From positions 66,334 to 130,333 of the forward strand of contig JBAWWL010000003.1 of NCBI GenBank assembly GCA_037146775.1: a DNA stretch of 64,000 nt, in the 5' to 3' direction. This stretch comes from Candidatus Omnitrophota bacterium (GTDB taxonomy: Bacteria; Omnitrophota; Gorgyraeia; Duberdicusellales; 4484-171). Position 1 is the stretch's first letter. Each line of letters starts with the position of its first letter. The notes under the pieces are model-generated. The model was not told the origin of the DNA, did no database searches, and saw only the letters and a list, made by a program, of their open reading frames with translations. Of the stretch, positions 18,844 through 28,946 are shown in pieces. The position numbers and the translations under genes are program-made.

Positions 18844-20089
18844 AGTTATTCCTTATGGCCGGCAATCCATTGATGAAAAAGATATTAGGGTAGTCATTGA
18901 TGTTTTAAGATCTGATTGGCTCACTCAAGGCCCAAAGATAAAAGAATTTGAATCAGCGCTTTGCCAGTATACAGGCGCTAAGTATGCAGTAGTGGTTTCA
19001 AATGGTACAGCAGCGCTGCATCTTGCTTGCCTTGCCGCTGGTATCGGTAAGGGCGATCGGGTTATTACTTCTCCCATAACCTTTGCCGCTTCGGCAAACT
19101 CTATTCTTTATGCAGGTGGCACGCCGGTTTTTATCGACGTAGACCAAGAGATTGTCAATATCAGTCCAGAAAAGATTCAACATTACATAGAACATACCAA
19201 CATAAAACTTAACAACAAACTTAAGGCCATCATTCCTGTCCATTTTGCCGGTTACCCTTGCGAGATGGAAAAAATTTACCAGATAGCCAAAAAATATAAC
19301 TTAATTATCATTGAAGACGCAGCGCATGCTTTAGGCGCAAAATATAAAATTAACGAATTAACGGGTTCACTGGTTAAAGAATTTAATAAGAAAAACAAAG
19401 AAAAATGGATAAAAATAGGTAGTTGTCAACACTCCAATATGACTATCTTTAGTTTTCATCCGGTAAAATCTATTACTACTGGTGAAGGAGGAGCAGTTTT
19501 AACTAATAATAAAGAATTATATGAAAAACTTCTGATGTTACGTAATCACGGGATTACCCGTAATCATAAGAAATTCGTTAATCCGTTAATGCGCAAATCC
19601 GTTAATCCTTTATGGTATTATGAAATGCAGATGCTCGGGTTTAATTACCGTATCACCGATATTCAGGCGGCATTAGGAATCTCTCAGCTTAAAAAATTAG
19701 ACACATTTATAACAAAACGGCACCATATTGCGCAAGTTTACGATAAGGCCTTTAGATGTAACCCATATTTTACAATTCCTACCGAGCGAGAATATTTGTA
19801 TTCAGCATATCATCTTTATCAAATACGTCTTAATGACAAACTCATGATACAAAAAACAAATATATTTCGCGAACTGATTAAGCAGGGGATACGAACACAA
19901 GTGCACTATATCCCAGTTTATCTGCACCCGTATTATCAGCAACGCAACTTCAAGAAAGGTTTGTGTCTTCAGGCGGAAGATTTTTATAAAAGAGAAATAA
20001 GTTTACCTATTTATCCAACTTTGAATATTAAGCAAACAAAATATATAATTAATAATCTTTTAAGTATATGCAAAAAATATAATGGATAA
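18830..20089 (+). CDS. pseC: UDP-4-amino-4,6-dideoxy-N-acetyl-beta-L-altrosamine transaminase, with in-frame octamer-repeat insertions
   Basis: IPYGRQSI, LTQGP, SFHPVKSITTGEGG, WYYEMQMLGFNYRITD. Confidence 0.9.
   Translation: MPKLEVIPYGRQSIDEKDIRVVIDVLRSDWLTQGPKIKEFESALCQYTGAKYAVVVSNGTAALHLACLAAGIGKGDRVITSPITFAASANSILYAGGTPVFIDVDQEIVNISPEKIQHYIEHTNIKLNNKLKAIIPVHFAGYPCEMEKIYQIAKKYNLIIIEDAAHALGAKYKINELTGSLVKEFNKKNKEKWIKIGSCQHSNMTIFSFHPVKSITTGEGGAVLTNNKELYEKLLMLRNHGITRNHKKFVNPLMRKSVNPLWYYEMQMLGFNYRITDIQAALGISQLKKLDTFITKRHHIAQVYDKAFRCNPYFTIPTEREYLYSAYHLYQIRLNDKLMIQKTNIFRELIKQGIRTQVHYIPVYLHPYYQQRNFKKGLCLQAEDFYKREISLPIYPTLNIKQTKYIINNLLSICKKYNG
19350..19389 (+). repeat. Octamer array TTAACG(A/G)(A/G), left arm inside pseC
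   Basis: ttaacgaa ttaacggg ttcactgg ttaaagaa tttaataa. Confidence 0.7.
19574..19608 (+). repeat. Octamer array T(T/C)CGTTAA, right arm inside pseC (reverse complement of the left arm)
   Basis: ttcgttaa tccgttaa tgcgcaaa tccgttaa tcc. Confidence 0.75.
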
Positions 20090-21734
20090 AATCGTTTTAG
20101 GAACAGCACAATTTGGCATGAATTATGGCATTAATAATACACGAGGCAAAATTCCGCCCTCCGAGGTTGCTGTAATAATAAAAAAAGCTGTCGAACACAA
20201 TATTAATATACTTGATACCGCTTGGGATTATGGTATAGCTGAGGCAGTTATAGGCAAGATCATAAAACAATATGATCTTAGGCTAAGGATTATATCAAAA
20301 TTTCCTGTCTGTAAACAACCGCAAGTAAAAATGTTTTTGGCCTCTTCTCTAAAGACATTACGGTGCCAGTCTTTGTATGGATATCTGTTGCATGATTTCC
20401 AAGCCTATCAGAAAGATAAAAATATTTGGCAGGAATTGTTACGTCTTAAGCAAAACGGAAAAATAAAAAAAATAGGCTTTTCTCTTTATTACCCTTCTGA
20501 TCTATATAGCATTTTCAAAGACAATATAAAAGTTGATATTATTCAAATTCCTTTCAATGTCTTTGATCAACGATTTAAGCCATATCTAGCAGAGCTTAAA
20601 AAAAGGAACATAGAAATTTATGCCCGGTCTGTATTTTTACAAGGATTAATATTTAAAAAATCTTCTGAATTGAATGATTCTTTCGAACCCTTGCAGAAAA
20701 AAGCAGATGTTTTGTCTGCTCTGTCCGATAAACTGGACATTCCACTTCTTGCAATATGCCTTAATTTTGTAATTGGGCAAAAACTAATTGATAAAGTTAT
20801 AGTGGGTGTTGATAGTTCAGAACATTTGAGTGAGATACTGCTGGCACAGAATTATTTTTCCAAAATAGCAAGTATTACTCCTCAGCTTGAACAATTAGCG
20901 GTAAACGAGGAAAAAATAATACTTCCTGTCAACTGGAAAGATACACATAAGGCCGAACATAAAGAAAAAGTTATTGCTATTATTCAGGCGCGTACGAGTT
21001 CTACGCGTCTTGCAGCAAAAGTACTACTTAATTTGGAAGGCAAAACAGTTTTGGAACACGTAATAGAAAGAGTAGAGCAGGCAAAATTAGTTGATGAAGT
21101 AATTGTAGCTACCACTTTTGACAAGAATGATTTAAAACTAGTTGATGTTTGTTCGCAAAGAGGAACTCGTGTGTTTTGTGGTTCGCGAGACGACGTTTTA
21201 GACCGTTATTATCAAGCTGCCCGGCTAACCAATCCGACTCACGTCGTTAGAATTACGGCAGACTGCCCGATTATAGACCCAAAAGTTATTGATGAAACCA
21301 TTGCTGTACATTTAGCTAAAAAAGTAGATTATACGGGTAACAGAACAGAAAGTATGGGTTTTCCCGACGGCCAAGACGTAGAGGTTTTTAAGTTCGAAGC
21401 CCTAGAGAAAGCCTGGCGAGGTGCGAGGTTATCATCTGAGCGTGAACATGTTACTCCCTACATCAAGAATCATCCGGAATTATTTAAATTCGGATATCAC
21501 AATTGTTTTACCAATCTTTATCATAAGAGATGGACGCTAGATAGAGAAGATGATTTTCTATTTATAAAATTACTATATAAGAAGCTTTACAGGAAAAATA
21601 ATTTTTTTGGTATGAAAGAAATATTAAGTTTACTTAAAGAACATCCAGAATACGAAAAGATCAATGATTGGATATTATTAAATGAGGGATATATTAAATC
21701 TTTACGGGAAGATAAGATTGTAAAGACAGATTAA
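20082..21734 (+). CDS. Fusion of aldo/keto reductase and SpsF-like cytidylyltransferase
   Basis: N-term LGTAQFG, DTAWDYG, RSVFLQG; C-term IIQARTSSTRL, DDVLDRY, RITADCP, REHVT. Confidence 0.8.
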   Translation: MDKIVLGTAQFGMNYGINNTRGKIPPSEVAVIIKKAVEHNINILDTAWDYGIAEAVIGKIIKQYDLRLRIISKFPVCKQPQVKMFLASSLKTLRCQSLYGYLLHDFQAYQKDKNIWQELLRLKQNGKIKKIGFSLYYPSDLYSIFKDNIKVDIIQIPFNVFDQRFKPYLAELKKRNIEIYARSVFLQGLIFKKSSELNDSFEPLQKKADVLSALSDKLDIPLLAICLNFVIGQKLIDKVIVGVDSSEHLSEILLAQNYFSKIASITPQLEQLAVNEEKIILPVNWKDTHKAEHKEKVIAIIQARTSSTRLAAKVLLNLEGKTVLEHVIERVEQAKLVDEVIVATTFDKNDLKLVDVCSQRGTRVFCGSRDDVLDRYYQAARLTNPTHVVRITADCPIIDPKVIDETIAVHLAKKVDYTGNRTESMGFPDGQDVEVFKFEALEKAWRGARLSSEREHVTPYIKNHPELFKFGYHNCFTNLYHKRWTLDREDDFLFIKLLYKKLYRKNNFFGMKEILSLLKEHPEYEKINDWILLNEGYIKSLREDKIVKTD

Positions 21735-21737
21735 AAT

Positions 21738-23048
21738 ATGGGGAAAGGCCAGAAATTATATAAAGAAGCAAAAAGAATAATTCCTGGGGGGACACAGCTC
21801 CTTTCCAAGAGGCCGGAAATGTTGTTGCCGGATCTTTGGCCGGCTTATTACAGTAAGGCTCGGGGTTGTGAAGTCTGGGACTTGGATAATAACAAATATA
21901 TAGATATGAGCTATATGGGTATTGGCTCGTGCATATTAGGATATGCCGATAAAGATGTAAATAAAGCGGTTAAGCAAGCCGTTAATAACGGTAGTATGTC
22001 TACCCTCAACGCTCCCGAAGAGGTTGAATTGGCTAAGCTTCTTTGTGGGCTTCATCCCTGGGCTCGTATGGTGCGATACGCGCGTTGTGGTGGTGAATCT
22101 ATGGCTATTGCCGTTAGAATTGCCCGTGCTGCAGCCAAAAAAGACGTGATTTTATTTTGTGGGTATCATGGTTGGCATGATTGGTATTTGGCAGCAAATT
22201 TAGCTTCAAACCAAGCGCTTAATGGCCATCTTATTGCTGGCTTAAACCCTTTAGGTGTACCCAGAAAACTAAAAGGAACATCTTATCCTTTTAAATATAA
22301 TGATACAGAAAGTTTTTTAAGGCTGGTTGATAAGTACAGAAATAAAATTGGCGTTATAATAATGGAGCCCATAAGAAGCCAAGAGCCCGATGAAAAATTT
22401 ATTCAAACTATTAACAAGATTGCCAAAGATTTAAAGGCGGTATTAGTGATAGATGAAATAACCGCCGGGTTTAAGCTTACTACTGGAGGAGCGCATTTAT
22501 TGTTCGGTTTAGAGCCGGACATTGCAGTATTTGCTAAGGCCATGAGTAATGGTTTTCCTATGGCCGCGATAATTGGGAAGGAAAAAATAATGCAAGTAGC
22601 CCAAGAAACTTTTATCAGTAGCACTTATTGGACTGACAGAATCGGTCCGGTAGCGGCTTTGGCGACTATCAAAAAAATACAAAAAAATAAAGTTCCGCAG
22701 TATTTAATAAAAATTGGAAAAGAAATGAGAGAAGGATGGAAAAAGCTTGCGCTTTGTCATGGGCTCAAACTTGAATTCTCCGGAATATTGCCTTTGGGCC
22801 ATTTTTCTTTCCAACACGAAAATCCCATTGTTTTGAAAACTCTTTTTACTCAACTCATGCTTGAAGAGGGTTTTCTTGCTACCACTGCATTTTTTGCTTC
22901 TTATTCCCACAAGGAGGAGCACATGGAGAAATATTTTAATGCTGTTGATAAAGCCTTTAGTTTTCTTAGTAGGGCGATAAAGGAAGGCAACCCCAAAAGA
23001 TATTTAAAAGGTCCCGTTTGTCATAGCGGTTTTCAAAGATTAACCTAA
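21738..23048 (+). CDS. Class III aminotransferase (glutamate-1-semialdehyde aminomutase-like)
   Basis: IPGGTQLLSKRPE, GYHGWHDW, IDEITAGF, PDIAVFAKAMSNG. Confidence 0.85.
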   Translation: MGKGQKLYKEAKRIIPGGTQLLSKRPEMLLPDLWPAYYSKARGCEVWDLDNNKYIDMSYMGIGSCILGYADKDVNKAVKQAVNNGSMSTLNAPEEVELAKLLCGLHPWARMVRYARCGGESMAIAVRIARAAAKKDVILFCGYHGWHDWYLAANLASNQALNGHLIAGLNPLGVPRKLKGTSYPFKYNDTESFLRLVDKYRNKIGVIIMEPIRSQEPDEKFIQTINKIAKDLKAVLVIDEITAGFKLTTGGAHLLFGLEPDIAVFAKAMSNGFPMAAIIGKEKIMQVAQETFISSTYWTDRIGPVAALATIKKIQKNKVPQYLIKIGKEMREGWKKLALCHGLKLEFSGILPLGHFSFQHENPIVLKTLFTQLMLEEGFLATTAFFASYSHKEEHMEKYFNAVDKAFSFLSRAIKEGNPKRYLKGPVCHSGFQRLT

Positions 23049-23061
23049 AAAAGTCTAGCAC

Positions 23062-23916
23062 ATGCCAGTTAAATTTATAGCTGAAGTTTCTAGTAACCAC
23101 AACAAAGATTTAAAGCGTTGCCTAAGATTTATTGATGTAGCAGCAAAAATAGGCTGTGATGCGGTAAAATTCCAGTTATTTAAAATAGAAAGGCTTTTTG
23201 CGTCAGAGGTTTTAAAGAAGAATAAAGATATTCAAAAAAGAAAACAATGGGAATTACCTATTGGTTTTTTACCCCGCCTATACAAACGAAGCAAAAAAAT
23301 AGGATTGCAATTTGGCTGCACACCATTTTATATGGAGGCAGTAGACGAGCTAAAGCCGTACGTAGACTTTTACAAGATATCGTCTTATGATTTATTGAGG
23401 CTAGATTTAATCAAAGCGTGTGGATTAACAGGTATTCCGGTAATTCTGTCAACGGGAATGGCAAACATGGCAGAAATAAAAGAAGCTGTTGATGCCTTGC
23501 GTTTAGTTAAAACCAAAGATATTTCGTTGCTCCATTGCGTGTCAAATTACCCCACTTTAGTAAAAGATTGTAATTTAGCTGTGATTAATACCTTAAGGGA
23601 TAAATTTAGATGTAAAGTAGGCTGGTCCGACCATACGGTGTCAGATATTGTTTTATTTCGGGCAGTTTATACATGGAATGCCGAAATTATTGAATTTCAT
23701 TTCGATTTAGATACTAAAGGAAGAGAATTTAATATTGGACATTGTTGGTTGCCTGAGCAAATTTCCTCAGTAATTAAAAAAATAAAAGAAGGACAATTTG
23801 CTGACGGAAAAGGCGTTAAGGAGCCGAAAGTCTGTGAGTTACGAGAAAGAAACTGGCGGGCAGATTATCACGATGGTCTAAGGCCTTTAATGGAAACACG
23901 CAAGAGATTGAAATAA
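23062..23916 (+). CDS. NeuB/PseI-family nonulosonic acid synthase (no SAF domain)
   Basis: FIAEVSSNH, VKFQLF, ILSTGMA, LHCVSNYP, GWSDHT, IEFHF. Confidence 0.85.
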   Translation: MPVKFIAEVSSNHNKDLKRCLRFIDVAAKIGCDAVKFQLFKIERLFASEVLKKNKDIQKRKQWELPIGFLPRLYKRSKKIGLQFGCTPFYMEAVDELKPYVDFYKISSYDLLRLDLIKACGLTGIPVILSTGMANMAEIKEAVDALRLVKTKDISLLHCVSNYPTLVKDCNLAVINTLRDKFRCKVGWSDHTVSDIVLFRAVYTWNAEIIEFHFDLDTKGREFNIGHCWLPEQISSVIKKIKEGQFADGKGVKEPKVCELRERNWRADYHDGLRPLMETRKRLK

Positions 23917-23921
23917 TAATT

Positions 23922-24045
23922 AGTGGAGTCTCGCGGACTAAAGTCCATGGCTCCCTACTGAGCAGAAATCTCAAAAGAGCATTCATTCCCCGGGTTCGCC
24001 GCCAAAGGCGGCAGGCCCGAGGATTTCTGCGAAGGATTAAAACAC
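23922..24045. mobile_element. IS200/IS605-like MITE with a nested CCGCCAAAGGCGG palindrome
   Basis: GGAGtctcgcGGACTAAAGTCCatggCTCC hairpin; GCAGAAATC...GATTTCTGC; ccccgggtt[cgccgccaaaggcggca]ggcccgagg. Confidence 0.5.
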
Positions 24046-24054
24046 CCGCTTTTG

Positions 24055-25086
24055 ATGAAAAAAACAATAATTATCCGCTGTGACGGAGATTCGCAAGTTG
24101 GATTGGGGCATATTTATCGCTGTATTGCTCTTGCTGATGAGCTTCGAAAAACCTATAGATGTAAGATAATATTTGCGTTGATAAGAGGAAAAGAGGGTAT
24201 AGATTTAATTAAACAAGCACATTATTTCTTAGAGAAAAAACCTTTAAATATTAATGAAGAAAACTGGCTTAATACAATTATCAAACAATATGCACCCAGC
24301 ATTTTAATCTTTGATATTCGTACAGATCTTTCACGAGCGGCTCTTGAGGGTTGGCGTAATAGCAAAATGTTAACCGTTATTATAGACGATACGAGCTCAC
24401 GGCGTCTTGCTGGCAATTTAGTTTTTTGTCCGCCCGTTAGGCAAATAAAAAAATTAGATTGGAAAAATTTTAAAGGTAAATTATATACAGGCTGGAAATG
24501 GGTAATATTAAGAAAAGAGTTTGCCAAGAATTATCCAAAACGTATTAATAAAATACCACAGGTATTAGTCACTATGGGTGGCAGCGATCCACAGGCAATG
24601 ACACTCAAGACAATTAAAGCATTAGATTTTTTACGAGACAATTTTAATACGGTTGTCGTATTGGGTGCTGGATTCAAGCGCAACAAAGAATTACGCGTAT
24701 TACTATATAAAGCATATCGGCCGTTTGTGATTAGAAGAAATGTAAAAAATATAGCACAAATTATGTCAAAGGTTGATTTAGCCGTTGCTTCTTTTGGGGT
24801 AACGGCGTATGAGCTCGCGGCAATAAAGGTTCCGGCTATATATCTGTGTCTGACAAAAGACCACGCGCAGTCTGCAAAAACTTTTACTAATACCGGTATG
24901 GCCATATCGGTAGGGGTGCATAATAAGGTGCAAGAACAATTATTAGCGAAAAAAGTGCATCTCTTGCTGCGAGAAAAAATAGCTAGAGATAAAATGAAAA
25001 GCCGATGTTATAAAAAGATAGACGCCCAGGGCGCAGAACGTATTGCTGCTGTTATCATAAATGCTGTGGAGGCTACTTATGGGTGA
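24055..25086 (+). CDS. pseG: PseG/SpsG-like UDP-sugar hydrolase
   Basis: RCDGDSQVGLGHIYRC, VTMGGSD, DLAVASFGVTAYE, IDAQGAERI. Confidence 0.75.
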   Translation: MKKTIIIRCDGDSQVGLGHIYRCIALADELRKTYRCKIIFALIRGKEGIDLIKQAHYFLEKKPLNINEENWLNTIIKQYAPSILIFDIRTDLSRAALEGWRNSKMLTVIIDDTSSRRLAGNLVFCPPVRQIKKLDWKNFKGKLYTGWKWVILRKEFAKNYPKRINKIPQVLVTMGGSDPQAMTLKTIKALDFLRDNFNTVVVLGAGFKRNKELRVLLYKAYRPFVIRRNVKNIAQIMSKVDLAVASFGVTAYELAAIKVPAIYLCLTKDHAQSAKTFTNTGMAISVGVHNKVQEQLLAKKVHLLLREKIARDKMKSRCYKKIDAQGAERIAAVIINAVEATYG

Positions 25087-25993
25087 TACAAAATCTTGGA
25101 AGAAGCATAAAGGTTGTTTATTGGATTCCGAAAAAGGGTTTGATGTTATAGATTGTTTAACTTGCGGTTTTAAGCACATTATTCCTATACCCACTTTCAA
25201 TGAATTAAAATCTGTTTATCGTCACCAATATTATACTCTTGAAAAACCATTATATTTAGAGCGCCACAGAGAAGACTTAGATTGGTGGAATTTGGTATAT
25301 AGCGAGCGTTACGATATTTTTGAAAAAGAATTATCTCTTAAGCACCGCATGATCTTAGATATAGGTTCAGGTCCGGGTTTTTTTCTTTTACATGGTAAGC
25401 AGCGCGGATGGGAAACGTTAGGTATTGAGCCATCTAAAAAAGCTGCTATGCATAGTAAGGAATTAGGGCTAAACATTCGAGAAGATTTCTTGACAAAAAA
25501 AACTGCTAAACAATTAGGTAAATTTGACGTAGTTCATCTTAGCGAGGTTATTGAGCATATTTCTGATCCTAAGGGGCTTTTGTGTTTAGTAAGAAGCATA
25601 TTGAATCCAGGAGGGCTTATTTGTGTTGTTGCGCCTAACGACTACAATCCCTTTCAGTATGTTTTAAGAAAGGCGTGTGGTTTTAAGCCTTGGTGGGTTG
25701 CCCCACCGCACCATATAAATTATTTTGATTTTGATTCTTTAAGTAAATTATTAAAGAATAGCGGATTTAAAATAATTTCTTGCGAAGCCACCTTTCCTAT
25801 AGATATTTTTCTTTTGATGGGAGATAATTATGTTAATAATGAGGTGCTTGGGAGACAGTGCCATACTAAGCGTAAACAATTTGAGCTAAATTTATGCAAA
25901 GCTGGTATGAAAAGTATTTATAAAAAACTATATCAACGATTAGCGGAAATGAAGATTGGACGCGAAATCGTAGTTTATGGTCGCAAGGTTTGA
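25079..25993 (+). CDS. Class I SAM-dependent methyltransferase
   Basis: CLTCG, ILDIGSGPG, FDVVHLSEVIEH, PPHHINYF. Confidence 0.85.
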   Translation: MGDTKSWKKHKGCLLDSEKGFDVIDCLTCGFKHIIPIPTFNELKSVYRHQYYTLEKPLYLERHREDLDWWNLVYSERYDIFEKELSLKHRMILDIGSGPGFFLLHGKQRGWETLGIEPSKKAAMHSKELGLNIREDFLTKKTAKQLGKFDVVHLSEVIEHISDPKGLLCLVRSILNPGGLICVVAPNDYNPFQYVLRKACGFKPWWVAPPHHINYFDFDSLSKLLKNSGFKIISCEATFPIDIFLLMGDNYVNNEVLGRQCHTKRKQFELNLCKAGMKSIYKKLYQRLAEMKIGREIVVYGRKV

Positions 25994-26081
25994 AAGAGAC
26001 ATGGGAGTGGTCAAGCTCCATAATTTTTATTCGATTTTTTTCTGATGACAGGGATAGGCGTCGGTAAAGAGGAGAAATAGT

Positions 26082-27293
26082 ATGATGCAAAGTATCCCGC
26101 CAACCAGTAGAGAATGTTTTATCTGCGCGAGTTCTGAGCAAGAAGTAATTGAAGATTTCCTAGGAGCCGCCTTGTTTGTTATGGATGATTTTTATTCAAT
26201 TGATATTAAAAAAGTTCTTTGTAAACAATGTGGACTAATTTATGCGTCACATTATTTAGGTGTTGAGCATCTTGAGCGGTTGTATGTATCTATGAATGCT
26301 GGGCCGGAGAATCTCACCTATCGTTTTAGTGCGGCGCCTGATTATAATCAGTTTTTTGTAGATTCTTTGACAAAAATGTTTCCTAACAGACGAAGAAGGG
26401 TATTAGATGTTGGGTGCGGAAGGTGCCAAACCCTCGATCGTTTTAAATCTCTCGGCTGGGAAACGTACGGTGTCGATATTTCTCCACTTAGCCAGGATTT
26501 AGCTAAGAAGAAAGGACATTCGGTATGGTGTGGGGCATTTCAAGATATAGATTTTGGAGACATCCAATTTGAGGCCATTCTTTTTGAAGAATCACTGGAG
26601 CACATGTTGAATCCTAACTTTGTTTTAGAACGGGTCAATGAGTTATTAACGGATAGCGGGTTGATTGGAGTATCTTTGCCGGAATCGTATACATGTTTGA
26701 AGAGTAAGAATCTTTATGATATCTTACGAGACGATCATTGCAATCATTTCACCCCCGTTACTATTCGTAAATTGCTTACTTCAAAAGGACTGTACCCACT
26801 AGATATGTATTTAGATGTGGACGCGCCACTTCCTGATATGAAAGTAATAGCGTCTAAAAAACCAGTTTTTTCTTTATTAGTGGAAGGTTTTGAGGAAAAG
26901 CGTGATTTCTCACGAGAGGCCATGCAGTTATACTGGAAGATGAAGCAGGGCTTACGCGATGTTTTTTCAAAGGAGACATCCGGTTATAAACGAATCGTCG
27001 TCTATTGCGCCGGATCTTACGCAACGATTGTCTTGCCGGTTATCTGGGGAGATTATTCGAAGCGAGTAACGGCCTTTATTGATAATGATCTGCGAAAGTA
27101 CGGCAAGAGTCTTTACAATAAGCCAGTCTTACCTTCCCGGGATTTGAAAGATTTGAATCCGGACTGTATTGTCATTGCTAGTGAACAGTTTGAGAATGAA
27201 ATTTGTGGCAATATTTCTGAAGACATGCAAAGCGTTAAAATAATTAAAGCGCACCATTTTTTAAAAGACGTATTAAGTCAAATGGTAATTTGA
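26082..27293 (+). CDS. Class I SAM-dependent methyltransferase with C-terminal Rossmann-like domain
   Basis: CFIC...CKQCG, VLDVGCG, ESLEH; C-term IVVYCAG...FIDND..KYG. Confidence 0.75.
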   Translation: MMQSIPPTSRECFICASSEQEVIEDFLGAALFVMDDFYSIDIKKVLCKQCGLIYASHYLGVEHLERLYVSMNAGPENLTYRFSAAPDYNQFFVDSLTKMFPNRRRRVLDVGCGRCQTLDRFKSLGWETYGVDISPLSQDLAKKKGHSVWCGAFQDIDFGDIQFEAILFEESLEHMLNPNFVLERVNELLTDSGLIGVSLPESYTCLKSKNLYDILRDDHCNHFTPVTIRKLLTSKGLYPLDMYLDVDAPLPDMKVIASKKPVFSLLVEGFEEKRDFSREAMQLYWKMKQGLRDVFSKETSGYKRIVVYCAGSYATIVLPVIWGDYSKRVTAFIDNDLRKYGKSLYNKPVLPSRDLKDLNPDCIVIASEQFENEICGNISEDMQSVKIIKAHHFLKDVLSQMVI

Positions 27294-27316
27294 AGAGTTA
27301 GGGGGAGGCACTAATT

Positions 27317-28480
27317 ATGTTCCATAAATTTTTTTCAGACAATGAACTTGGTTTTTGGCGATTTTATTGCAATACAAAGATTTTTTTCGGGAGAGGCGAG
27401 GTCTTTAAAATATTGAGAGAAATTGTTAACTCTTTCGGTGGAAAAATCGGGGTTTTGACCGACGAGAATGTTAATCGACTGCATTTTACCGAAAATTTTC
27501 TAGCGGCGGTTCAAGACCAAATTAGCTCTGTACATTTTGCGGGGCGTGAAGCGAATTATTCGGATATCGAAAAAGTCGTTACGGCATTTAGGAAGTCGGA
27601 CGTTAAAACGATAATGGCAATCGGTGGTGGCAGCGTTTTAGATTCCGCAAAAGTCGCATCTGTGCTTGTGAACAATCCTATGGATATTACGGCTCTTCAT
27701 AATGTTTCTGAATTGGAGAATCCCAGAGTGCCATTGATAGCCATTCCGACTACGTTTGGAACCGGTTCGGAAGTGAATATGTATGCAGTTGTCAATAATG
27801 AATCGAACACGTTACGGACGTCAATTAAAAATTTTTTTTTAACTCCCGATATTGCGATTATTAATCCAGATGTTGCCAAGGAGACCCCAGTATCTCTAAA
27901 GTATGAGGTTGGCATTGACGCGTTTGTACATGCGCTTGAAGTTTTGACTTTAAAGCGAGAAATTTCTCCAGTTCAAATACCATTGATGAGATCAGCTATG
28001 GACCTATTCTTCCGGCATTTCAAAAATTATGTTGAGAATCCCCACGATGAAGACGAAGAGGCCATAGCCACCGCTTCTATTATAGCGGGAATTGGAGTTA
28101 ATAATTCTCGTTCAGGACTCATCCACTCCCTCGCGAATAAGTTTGCTAAACACCAGTGGTGTTCGCACCCGGTTTCTCTTATTCCTTTCATTTTACCTTG
28201 CTTGAGATTAAACTGGAGCTACGATCGAAAATATTTTCAAGACATGCCCTGGCAGGATTTCTATCGGCAAATGAAGGAAAGGATTTTATTTAGGCCCGCA
28301 GAAGAATTGTCTTGTCTTGCTATCAGTAAAGACATGATAGACGTTATGGCAGAAGAATGTTTAACGGATACTGTGATTCTAAAAGAGAATCCAGTCATTT
28401 TGAGCAAGCAGGTATTCAAGTTACTCTATGAGCAGGCATTATGTCTTGGCGGAAATATAAACTCTTGCCATGAAAGTTAA
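27317..28480 (+). CDS. Iron-containing alcohol dehydrogenase family protein
   Basis: IGGGSVLDSAK, IPTTFGTGSE, DAFVHALE, GLIHSLA. Confidence 0.85.
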   Translation: MFHKFFSDNELGFWRFYCNTKIFFGRGEVFKILREIVNSFGGKIGVLTDENVNRLHFTENFLAAVQDQISSVHFAGREANYSDIEKVVTAFRKSDVKTIMAIGGGSVLDSAKVASVLVNNPMDITALHNVSELENPRVPLIAIPTTFGTGSEVNMYAVVNNESNTLRTSIKNFFLTPDIAIINPDVAKETPVSLKYEVGIDAFVHALEVLTLKREISPVQIPLMRSAMDLFFRHFKNYVENPHDEDEEAIATASIIAGIGVNNSRSGLIHSLANKFAKHQWCSHPVSLIPFILPCLRLNWSYDRKYFQDMPWQDFYRQMKERILFRPAEELSCLAISKDMIDVMAEECLTDTVILKENPVILSKQVFKLLYEQALCLGGNINSCHES

Positions 28481-28727
28481 AAAAATACTTTTATTAGATT
28501 CCCCGTTTGTGCATTTTATGGGCGAAACGCAGCCGAGTGTGCCTTTAGGGCTGGCTTATCTTGCTGCTGTTTTGTTGAAGTTGGATCTTGAGGTAGCGGT
28601 TTACAATACAGATCTTGAACATCGTTCCGTAGTCATTGAAAGTGGCAAAAGATTTTTTGATGAAATATCGGCTTTCAATCAATACAGGGACGCGATCACT
28701 AATACGGAGCACTATTTATATAAATAA
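28470..28727 (+). pseudogene. Truncated N-terminus of a B12-binding radical SAM protein
   Basis: ILLLDSP...SVPLGLAYLAAVL...VAVYN is a B12-binding domain start; stops after 85 aa. Confidence 0.6.
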
Positions 28728-28946
28728 GTTTTTTATCGATCAATGTTCAGATGATAATTAAAAACAAAAATATTCCAGATCAAGAAATCAAGATTATAAA
28801 AAATGAGACAAAGAAGGAACTTTTAGATGAATTATCGCAGTATTCTTGCGTGAATTTTTATCAAAAGGCTAGTGACGATCCTAAAGGCCCGGAGATTTTG
28901 TCGAATCCCTGATCATTTTTGACTTATACCGGTCGAAGAATATTTT

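Noticed and set aside
21738-23048. hemL (tetrapyrrole synthesis)
   Set aside because: Same fold, but embedded in the nonulosonate cluster next to SpsF, so a sugar-related role is more likely
28728-28946. Possible 3' remnant of the truncated radical SAM gene
   Set aside because: No recognisable motif could be read in any frame by eye
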